This document shows, piece by piece, positions 38,448-44,764 of a stretch of DNA of 64,000 bases. Position 1 is the first letter of the stretch; each line of letters starts with the position of its first letter. The DNA lies in contig DATCBO010000073.1 in NCBI GenBank assembly GCA_036511795.1, positions 10,773 to 74,772 of the forward strand. The letters run 5' to 3'. The stretch comes from Xanthobacteraceae bacterium. Its GTDB lineage: Bacteria; Pseudomonadota; Alphaproteobacteria; Rhizobiales; Xanthobacteraceae. Below the pieces are notes generated by a model, which was not told where the DNA came from, searched no databases, and was given only the letters and a program-made list of their open reading frames with translations. A program made the translations under genes and the position numbers.

Positions 38448-38608
38448 TTGGCCGGAGTGGGACGGCGCCTGTCACGCTGGGAATGATATTTCATAGTCAT
38501 CGGGCACCAGCCAAGTCCCGGATAATCGCCAAATCAATGGGTGGTCACGTGTGCTGCGACAAAATCTTTACAATTCCGGAGACAAGGAATAAAAGCCTAA
38601 ATATGTAC

Positions 38609-38638
38609 TTGACTCCACAGACCGCTAGGGGTAGTAAT
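38609..38638 (+). promoter_or_regulatory. Inward-facing sigma70-like promoter in the IR (TTGACT-17-TAGTAAT)
   Basis: TTGACT at 38609-38614, 17-nt spacer, TAGTAAT at 38632-38638. Upstream of the 67-aa ORF. Confidence 0.45.
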
Positions 38639-38679
38639 CCCTTGAAAAGCCCCGCAGTCATGGGCATTTCTGGTGGGCC

Positions 38680-38883
38680 ATGATAACAAAATCGAATACG
38701 GAAAATAGTCCTAATAATGTAAATGTCACGCCGGAGATGTACGAAGCCGGACTGATGGCTATGGTGCCGTATACTCTGACTACAGACGGGTATGATTTGG
38801 AAAAAGCATTGCCTGCGGCATTTAAGGCAATGATCGAAAAATATGAAGAATCTCGATTCCGAGATCAGAAAAATTCCAAGTAG
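38680..38883 (+). CDS. Cargo ORF: small acidic hypothetical protein (67 aa)
   Basis: AT-rich ORF downstream of the IR promoter. The VTPEMYEAGLMAM... motif resembles small conserved hypothetical proteins I recall from Rhizobiales (memory only). Its 3' end overlaps the convergent 180-aa ORF by 62 nt. Confidence 0.4.
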   Translation: MITKSNTENSPNNVNVTPEMYEAGLMAMVPYTLTTDGYDLEKALPAAFKAMIEKYEESRFRDQKNSK

Positions 38884-39364
38884 CTTCCCAAATCTCGTGA
38901 TTGAGATTTTGAAGCTCTGTAATTTCTATTCGCTTATAGGCGTGCTCTAGTTTTGATTTAGCGGTCTTTTGCAAGCGATAAATCCTGCCGGAAAGGTTTG
39001 GATCATGGGGCGCAAATGAGGATAACCATGGATCGTGCGCAACGCGATGGCGACGTTCTCCTATACCTCGTATCCGCTCCTTAAATTTATTTAACTTGGT
39101 GATCTGTATTTCTGGAATATTTCGAAGGTGAGCAAGAGAAATTAATGCCTCCATTCGTGGAACAACGGCACCAATCTGAGCGGTAAGACATGCCCCAATA
39201 TCAGGATTGTCTGCTAGACCAGCTAGTTCCCATATAATGATATCAATGTCATATTCTAATTGTGCAAAGCCAGAAACGATTCGAGCAATTTGTTGCGCAT
39301 ATTCATTTGGAATAAGACCCGGCAGCAGAACCTCACCTGGTGGCTGTTCCGGAGTGTGAACCAT
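38822..39364 (-). CDS. Cargo ORF: HEPN-like protein (R-x4-H motif), putative RNase toxin/abortive-infection-type
   Basis: 180 aa, AT-rich, helix-favouring composition. The motif RHRVAH (residues 105-110, nt 39035-39052) fits the HEPN R-x4-6-H signature (R[NH]xxAH as in AbiU2/DUF4145-type families), with a conserved-looking acidic helix FAQLEYDIDIIIWEL upstream. No search was run. Confidence 0.55.
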   Translation of the reverse strand: MVHTPEQPPGEVLLPGLIPNEYAQQIARIVSGFAQLEYDIDIIIWELAGLADNPDIGACLTAQIGAVVPRMEALISLAHLRNIPEIQITKLNKFKERIRGIGERRHRVAHDPWLSSFAPHDPNLSGRIYRLQKTAKSKLEHAYKRIEITELQNLNHEIWEATWNFSDLGIEILHIFRSLP

Positions 39365-39530
39365 GGCACGTCATCCTCAACACGATAATGAGCCGTATAG
39401 CGAAGAGGAAGCGCAACGGCGCTTCCTCGCTGCGGTCAAAGCCGGACTGCAAACGAAGCCCAAGCCCCTAAGGAGTATCACGCCTAAAGGCGTCCTGGCG
39501 CAATCGAAGAAAAAGCGGCGGACTAGGTGA
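39363..39530 (+). CDS. Cargo ORF below the track cutoff: 55-aa protein with basic tail
   Basis: My own translation: MARHPQHDNEPYSEEEAQRRFLAAVKAGLQTKPKPLRSITPKGVLAQSKKKRRTR, stop TGA at 39528-39530. Its ATG (39363-39365) overlaps the ATG of the 180-aa ORF on the other strand within the palindrome CCATGG. Confidence 0.3.
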   Translation: MARHPQHDNEPYSEEEAQRRFLAAVKAGLQTKPKPLRSITPKGVLAQSKKKRRTR

Positions 39531-39665
39531 CATCGCGGCCTCCAAATACTGATCTATTTTTCATCGTTCCAGAGAGGCAATTCTAGCTGCCGCCCCGCAC
39601 GAAGGCGACGCCGATTTTTGCGACGCCAGCGCATGAACCGCTTCGCCTGATGACTGAAAACCGGC

Positions 39666-40613
39666 TTAGTGAGATTGCCGGTATGTTAGGCGCTTCCCTT
39701 CAATACCCTTGATCGCGGCGAGCGTCCGATCACTATCGTTGAAGCCGAGCGCCGTGCGGTAATTGTAGCGGTGATCAAACTCGGCAAGGTAGCGGTGTAA
39801 ATGCTTCTCTTTGCAATGCTGATAAACGCCGCGCATTCCTCGTTTGAAGATCGAGAAATAGCCTTCCGCTGAATTGGTATGCACGATTGCATCATTGTCG
39901 TAGCGGACGTACTCACCAGCAGTGTGCTTGACGGTATCATGCCGCTGGAACCACTTTCCGGCAATATCGGGATAGAGGCTGCTTTCGTCGGTGTGCAGCC
40001 GTGACTCGCGGGCGATGTTTTCGCGCACGATCTTGCCAACTGACTCACCATCGCAAACCGGAACATGGAACGAGCGTACGTTGCCACCACGTTCGACCAG
40101 TGAGACGATCGGGCGCTTGTTCGCGGCGCGGCCCTTTTTGAGGTACGGCGTACCATCGGTGCGCTTGGTGCGCGGATTCTGAACCGGGCCGTAATAGGTT
40201 TCGTCGGCTTCAACGATCATGCCGCCGCCGCCCATCTGGCCAAGGCTGCCAGCGCGCATTGCTTCGCGGATACGGTGCGCCATGAACCACGCCGACTTGT
40301 AATCGAGGTCTAGCGCCCGGTGGAGCTGGTGGGCGCTCATGCCCTTCTTTGAGGCGTTCAGCAGGTGGAAGCCCATCAGCCACTTATTCAGGGCGATATG
40401 GCTGCGCTCCATGACGGTGCCGGTCGTGACCGTGAAATCCTTACGGCACTCTTTCTCGGCGCACCGATACCAGCCGAGCTTTTTCGTCTTGTAGGCGTGG
40501 TTGATGACGCCGCAATGCGAGCAGATCGGCCCTTCGGGCCAGCGCAGCTTTTCCAGCCATTCGCGGGCGGCTTCGGGGGACTGGAAATGCGGGGCGACAA
40601 AGGCGTTCGACAT
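39666..40613 (-). CDS. IS1595-family transposase (zinc ribbon + ISXO2-like DDE domain)
   Basis: 315 aa; CSHCGVINHAYKTKKLGWYRCAEKECRKDFTVTTGTVMERS, then VEADETYYG...HTDESSLYPDI...TNSAEGYFSIFKRGMRGVYQHCKEKHLHRYLAEFDHRYNYR. Only distantly similar to the transposase at 36633. Confidence 0.9.
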   Translation of the reverse strand: MSNAFVAPHFQSPEAAREWLEKLRWPEGPICSHCGVINHAYKTKKLGWYRCAEKECRKDFTVTTGTVMERSHIALNKWLMGFHLLNASKKGMSAHQLHRALDLDYKSAWFMAHRIREAMRAGSLGQMGGGGMIVEADETYYGPVQNPRTKRTDGTPYLKKGRAANKRPIVSLVERGGNVRSFHVPVCDGESVGKIVRENIARESRLHTDESSLYPDIAGKWFQRHDTVKHTAGEYVRYDNDAIVHTNSAEGYFSIFKRGMRGVYQHCKEKHLHRYLAEFDHRYNYRTALGFNDSDRTLAAIKGIEGKRLTYRQSH

Positions 40614-40639
40614 GGCTCAATTCCTTCAAATCCGAGCCA

Positions 40640-40669
40640 ATTACTAGCATTTGTGCCTTGTGGAGTCAA
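40640..40669 (-). promoter_or_regulatory. Sigma70-like promoter in the IR driving the transposase (TTGACT-17-TAGTAAT)
   Basis: On the minus strand: TTGACT (40664-40669), 17-nt spacer, TAGTAAT (40640-40646). The transposase ATG is at 40613. Confidence 0.45.
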
Positions 40670-41057
40670 GTCCATAATTGGGAATAAAAGCCGAATCCTC
40701 GCTCTTCGTAAAGGACGTCCGCCGGTGACTCCGGCTGGCGGGGGCGGGTGCGGTGCCCGCGGGCAAAGGGTTCGTCCCCTGTGCACTCGGGCGGCTCGGA
40801 CATCATGTCTGCCGACACTATGACCGGCATGCGAGGTGCTCGCTGGAACCGGGGCGGACGCCGGCGGGATACCCCCGCCACCTACAGGCGCTTGCTCCGC
40901 GAAGCCTGGTCCGGGTTGCACCTTGGGATGCGTGAGTCCCAAGGGAAGAGCCGCCGTGGAACGCCGACAGGCGAGCGCGCCCTGCAGGGTGCGCGCTGCG
41001 CCTCACGGTGCAGCAGGTGAGACCGCGTCTGTCGGCGTTCCGCTTCCTTTGTCTCCG

Positions 41058-41152
41058 CGTAGCCCGGGTTGAGCGAAGCAAAACCCGGGAGCGGCAGTGA
41101 AAGCCGCAAGATCGTCCCCGGATTTCGCTTCGCTCAATCCGGGCTACAGCGT
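41058..41152. repeat. Inverted pair of REP-like 30-mers forming a long hairpin
   Basis: TAGCCCGGGTTGAGCGAAGCAAAACCCGGG ... CCCGGATTTCGCTTCGCTCAATCCGGGCTA are inverted copies with a few mismatches. A sequence family common in Bradyrhizobiaceae intergenic regions (from memory). Confidence 0.65.
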
Positions 41153-41355
41153 GCGCCGCATCCGATCGTGATGCTTCGGGCTTTCCACTGCCCGAGTCAT
41201 CTGACGAAGGTCGGGGTAGCGGCGTGGTTATTGGGAATGGCGTGCCTCATAGCTCGGATGCGAACAAAAAACGCATCGCGAGAACGAGAAGGCTTGCGTT
41301 ATTGCGGCAAGCGATCGACGACTATACGGTTCCATCGACATCCAAGGAGCCCGCC

Positions 41356-41481
41356 GTGCCGATCCTGCAAGCGAATGACAATCCACCGTTCAACGTGACT
41401 CGCGCCAGTTATGCGGTGCTGCGGGTCAACGGATCCGGCCAGAATCCGATGACGCTCGAACGCTACATCGGCGCGGCATGA
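41356..41481 (+). pseudogene. Possible truncated 5' remnant of a VOC/extradiol-dioxygenase-like gene
   Basis: AAGGAG plus 6 nt plus GTG at 41356. PILQANDNPPFNVTRASYAVLRV resembles the N-terminus of VOC dioxygenases. It then diverges and stops after 41 codons, overlapping the cdh ORF. Confidence 0.3.
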
Positions 41482-41501
41482 CGGGTCGGGGAGGGGGCGA
41501 G

Positions 41502-42284
41502 ATGCCGGGTCGTGTCATGCAACGGTGGATCACCGTGCCCGCCGCGCTTGTCGCGCTGCTGCTCCTGCCTGGCGCAAAGCCGAGCGTGTTCAATCCGAAC
41601 GCGCTATGGAAAATCGTGCACGAGCAATGCGTGCCGAACCAACAGCAGCACGGCGACCCGAAGCCGTGCGCCGAAGTCGATCTGAAAGACGGCGTCGACC
41701 GGGGCTACGCTGTTTTAAAAGACCTCAACGGCCCGACGCAGTATTTGCTCATTCCGACGGCTCGCATCGTCGGCATCGAAAGCCCCGAACTGCGGGCGCC
41801 CGGCGCGACTAATTATTTCGCCGCCGCGTGGGACGAACGGCGCCTCGTCGAAAAGACGCTCGGACACGAGCTGCCGCGCGACAATGTTGGGCTCGCGGTC
41901 AATTCGGTGCTGTCGCGGTCGCAAACCCAGCTGCACATCCATATCGATTGCATGCTCCCCGACGTGCGCAACACGCTGGCGCGGCTGCGCTCATCGATCG
42001 GCGACACGTGGGCGGCGTTGAGCGAGCCGCTGGGCGGGCATCCGTACTGGGCCATGCGGGTGATGGGATCGACGCTCGACGGCCACAATCCGTTCAAGCT
42101 GCTCGCGGACGGGATACCGCGGGCGCGGACCAACATGAAGTGGCGCACACTGGTCGTGGTCGGCATGCAGTTTGACGGCGATGCACCGGGTTTCGCCCTG
42201 CTCACTGACCGCGTCAATCCGCTGCTTTTCGATATCGCCGCCGGCGCGCGCTTGGAGGATCACACCTGCGGGGCGGCGCACTGA
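41502..42284 (+). CDS. cdh: CDP-diacylglycerol diphosphatase
   Basis: ALWKIVHEQCVPNQQQHGDPKPCAEVDL...YAVLKDLNGPTQYLLIPT...SRSQTQLHIHIDC closely parallels E. coli Cdh. The start was chosen at the ATG after GGGGAGGGGG; the track ORF starts at 41478. Confidence 0.85.
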   Translation: MPGRVMQRWITVPAALVALLLLPGAKPSVFNPNALWKIVHEQCVPNQQQHGDPKPCAEVDLKDGVDRGYAVLKDLNGPTQYLLIPTARIVGIESPELRAPGATNYFAAAWDERRLVEKTLGHELPRDNVGLAVNSVLSRSQTQLHIHIDCMLPDVRNTLARLRSSIGDTWAALSEPLGGHPYWAMRVMGSTLDGHNPFKLLADGIPRARTNMKWRTLVVVGMQFDGDAPGFALLTDRVNPLLFDIAAGARLEDHTCGAAH

Positions 42285-42301
42285 CGGTCACACCCGCGGA
42301 T

Positions 42302-43045
42302 TCACACCCGCCGGTGCAGGCGGTGCTCGATCCACAGCAACAGGCCGTTCGCCATGGCCGCGAAGGCAAACAGCACGATCGCCACCATCATCATCTCCTG
42401 ACCTTGCAGCAGCTGCATCGCGTTCATGATCATCGAGCCGAGGCCCTCTTTCGATGCAAACATTTCGCCGAGCAGCACGCCGAGCAGCGTCACGGTGAAA
42501 CCGATGCGCAAGCCGGTGAATATTTCCGGCAATGCGGCCGGCAGCAGCACATGCGTGATCGTCTGCCACGGCGTGAGCTGCATGGTGCGGGCAGAGCGCA
42601 GATAGACCGGCGGGATCGCCCGGATCGCGCCGATGGTGAGCAGCGCCACCGGCAGGATGCCGTGCAGCGCGCCGAACGCCACCTTGCCGGAAATGCCGAG
42701 CCCGAACATGAGCAGCACGACCGGATAGAGCGTGATTTTCGGCAGCGAGTAGAGCGAGACCAGGATCGGCTCGCCGACGGCGCCGGACAGCCGATGCGCG
42801 CCCATCCATACGCCGATGGCAAGCCCGATGCCGTAAGACAGGATCAGCGCGTAGCCGAGTTCAAGGCCCGTTGTCGTCAGGTTGGCGAGAAAGCGCGGCG
42901 TAGTCACGTTGTGCATGAGGTAGACGAGTGTCGGCAGCGGCGCCGGCAGCGCCGTTTCGCCGGCGATCTTGTGCAGAAGCTCCCAGCTCACGAGCAGCGC
43001 GAACAGAATGACCAGCGTGTCGGCGGCGCGGCGTGTCGCGGTCAC
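42302..43045 (-). CDS. ABC transporter permease (NitT/TauT family)
   Basis: 247 aa, 6 TM; EAA-like loop YLRSARTMQLTPWQTITHVLLPAALPEIFTGLRIG. Confidence 0.9.
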   Translation of the reverse strand: MTATRRAADTLVILFALLVSWELLHKIAGETALPAPLPTLVYLMHNVTTPRFLANLTTTGLELGYALILSYGIGLAIGVWMGAHRLSGAVGEPILVSLYSLPKITLYPVVLLMFGLGISGKVAFGALHGILPVALLTIGAIRAIPPVYLRSARTMQLTPWQTITHVLLPAALPEIFTGLRIGFTVTLLGVLLGEMFASKEGLGSMIMNAMQLLQGQEMMMVAIVLFAFAAMANGLLLWIEHRLHRRV

Positions 43046-43800
43046 GCGCGGCCACCGCTGCGCCGTTCGGCTAAGCGCATGTCGAGACCGTGAAGAACCG
43101 CGTTGACCAGCGTGGCGACGATGAGCAGGAACAGGATCAGCGCATACATGCGGCGGTTGTCGAAATCCGCATACGCCTCGGCGATGTCGCGGCCGAGGCC
43201 GGCGGGCGAAAGAATGAATTCGGCGGCGATGACGGCGATGAAGCCGTACGATACCGAAAGTTTTACGCCGGTGAACAGATACGGCGCCGCGGCTGGAAGC
43301 TGCAGCTGCAGTGCGGTGGCGATGCGGCCGAGGCGATGCACGCGCGCGACCTTGGTCAATACGTGCGGCACGCGATCGAGCCCGTTGAGCGTGGCGATGA
43401 TCATGGCGACAACGGCGGTGGCGACGCCAATCACCACGATCGGCATGATCGAGAGGCCGAAGATCGCGATCAGGACCGGATAGAAGATGAAGACCGGAAC
43501 CGCGTAATAAGTGGCGAAGAACGGATCAAGCGCCTCGCGCACGCGCTGCAGCGCATGGATGACACAGCCAAGGGCAAAGCCGAGCGCGATGGAGATGGCG
43601 ATGACCAGCGCGATCATGCCGAGCGTGCGTTCGATCTCGGCGGTAAGCGTGCCGGAAGCGAGCAGCGTCCACAGCGCGCTCGCCATTTCGGACGGCGGAA
43701 TGATGACGTTGTGGTTGATGAGGCCGAGGCGGCAGGCGAGCTCAAGCGCGCCGACCGCCACGACGACCACGATGAGGCGGATCAGGCCGACGCGGCTCAT
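43042..43800 (-). CDS. ABC transporter permease (NitT/TauT family)
   Basis: 252 aa; LTKVARVHRLGRIATALQLQLPAAAPYLFTGVKLS. 4-nt overlap with the downstream permease gene. Confidence 0.9.
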   Translation of the reverse strand: MSRVGLIRLIVVVVAVGALELACRLGLINHNVIIPPSEMASALWTLLASGTLTAEIERTLGMIALVIAISIALGFALGCVIHALQRVREALDPFFATYYAVPVFIFYPVLIAIFGLSIMPIVVIGVATAVVAMIIATLNGLDRVPHVLTKVARVHRLGRIATALQLQLPAAAPYLFTGVKLSVSYGFIAVIAAEFILSPAGLGRDIAEAYADFDNRRMYALILFLLIVATLVNAVLHGLDMRLAERRSGGRA

Positions 43801-43813
43801 TGATTGTCCTGTC

Positions 43814-43898
43814 GTTCCCGCGCACGCGGGAACCTATAATCGCCGGCCGCGCAGAATTTGCTCCGATCGTGATTATGGGTCCCCGCTTGCGCGGGGAC
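43814..43898. repeat. Two REP-type GC hairpins inside the ABC operon
   Basis: GTTCCCGCG-ca-CGCGGGAAC (43814-43833) and GTCCCCGC-ttgc-GCGGGGAC (43879-43898), in the 127-bp gap between the ATPase and permease genes. Confidence 0.7.
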
Positions 43899-43927
43899 GA
43901 CGCAGCGTGCTTGTCGATAACAGATAT

Positions 43928-44764
43928 TCATTCCGCAGCCAGCGCGCCTTGGCCCGAATGACCGAGCGCTTTGAGCGATTCGCCGCGCAGGCGCTCCCAC
44001 AGCCGGCCGGTGATTTCGCCGAAGGCTGCGTTGCCGACGACTGTCGAGTCGCGCTCGCGCGGCCAGCCGGTTTCGATGATCTCGATGAATTGGCCGGGCC
44101 GCGCCGACATGGCGCCGACCCGGTCGGACAGCATGGCGGCTTCGTCGAGCGCATGCGTGATCAGCAGCACCGTCGCGCCGGTGCGCCGCCACAACCGCAG
44201 GACTTCGTCACCCATCAAAAGCCGCGTCTGCGCATCGAGGGCGCCGAATGGCTCGTCGAGCAGAATAAGACGCGGCTGCAGCACCAGCGTGCGCGCGATG
44301 CAGACGCGCTGGCGCATGCCGCCGGACAATTGCGACGGATAAGCCTTGGCAAAGTCCTTCAGCCCCATGAAGGCGAGCGCATCGTCGACGCGGCGGCGAA
44401 TTTCAGGCGCCGCAACGCCGCTCCGCCGCAGTCCGAATGCGGCGTTGTCCCACACCGTCAGCCAGGGGAAGCTCGCATCCTCCTGAAACACGACGCCGAT
44501 GCCATCGGCGACTTCGCCGTGAATCGGCTTGCCTTCGAACGTGACCGTACCGGCGCTCGGCGTCTGCAGGCCGGCGAGCAATTCGAGAAAGGTCGACTTG
44601 CCGCAACCGGACGGCCCGATCACGGCAAAGAACTCACCCTTGCGCAGGTCGAGGTCGATAGGGCCCAGCGCATGCACCGGCGGATGGCCGCCGGCGCCCG
44701 CGTAAACCCGCGTGACCTTGTCGATCCGCGCATGAACTTCGCCGGGCATCGATGACACGCTCAC
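43928..44764 (-). CDS. ABC transporter ATP-binding protein (NitT/TauT family)
   Basis: Walker A GPSGCGKST, signature LSGGMRQR, Walker B LILLDEPFGALD. Confidence 0.9.
   Translation of the reverse strand: MSVSSMPGEVHARIDKVTRVYAGAGGHPPVHALGPIDLDLRKGEFFAVIGPSGCGKSTFLELLAGLQTPSAGTVTFEGKPIHGEVADGIGVVFQEDASFPWLTVWDNAAFGLRRSGVAAPEIRRRVDDALAFMGLKDFAKAYPSQLSGGMRQRVCIARTLVLQPRLILLDEPFGALDAQTRLLMGDEVLRLWRRTGATVLLITHALDEAAMLSDRVGAMSARPGQFIEIIETGWPRERDSTVVGNAAFGEITGRLWERLRGESLKALGHSGQGALAAE

Larger units (their letters stand above)
36562..38530 (+). mobile_element. IS1595-family insertion sequence with passenger gene (1969 bp)
   Basis: The 25-bp terminal IR GGCGATTATCCGGTACTTGACTGGT (36562-36586) matches the complement of 38506-38530 at 23/25 positions. 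It is flanked by a perfect 8-bp direct repeat AAATCAAT (36554-36561 and 38531-38538). Confidence 0.85.
38598..40680 (-). mobile_element. Second, different IS1595-family element with three cargo ORFs (2083 bp)
   Basis: 23-bp terminal IRs: TAAATATGTACTTGACTCCACAG (38598-38620) against the complement of 40658-40680, CAATTATGGACTTGACTCCACAA (19/23). A perfect 12-bp direct repeat GGAATAAAAGCC abuts both ends (38586-38597 and 40681-40692). No IR-like sequence lies between the transposase stop and 38620. Confidence 0.75.

Noticed and set aside
37685-38500. 271-aa minus-strand ORF starting just inside the right IR of IS element 1
   Set aside because: It is fully antisense to the 287-aa passenger ORF and is Arg/Gly/Ser-rich with no TM or domain logic. 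The plus-strand ORF has coherent TM architecture, translational coupling to the transposase and its own terminator. A weak TTGGCT-N17-AAATAT in the right IR keeps a small doubt alive.
39531-39665. Tiny minus-strand ORFs between the transposase and the HEPN-like ORF (26 aa MRWRRKNRRRLRAGRQLELPLWNDEK; 21 aa MSPSPPLFLRLRQDAFRRDTP with GGAGG upstream)
   Set aside because: They are too short to support from sequence alone. They are noted only as possible leader peptides if the region is read through from the transposase promoter.
40850-40895. tRNA/tmRNA-like 3' end (GGACGCCGGCGGGATACCCCCGCCACCTACA), considered as an island attachment site; also the ANDN peptide at about 41370, reminiscent of alphaproteobacterial tmRNA tags
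   Set aside because: The hairpin loop is 5 nt and lacks the T-loop consensus. There is no acceptor stem partner or CCA context, and no resume codon or tag ORF. The ANDN string is part of a longer VOC-like N-terminal peptide with its own RBS.
40989-41060. GTGCG at 40989 as a possible group II intron 5' end
   Set aside because: There is no reverse-transcriptase/maturase ORF, no recognisable domain V (AGC triad helix with bulge) and no downstream intron-sized structure.
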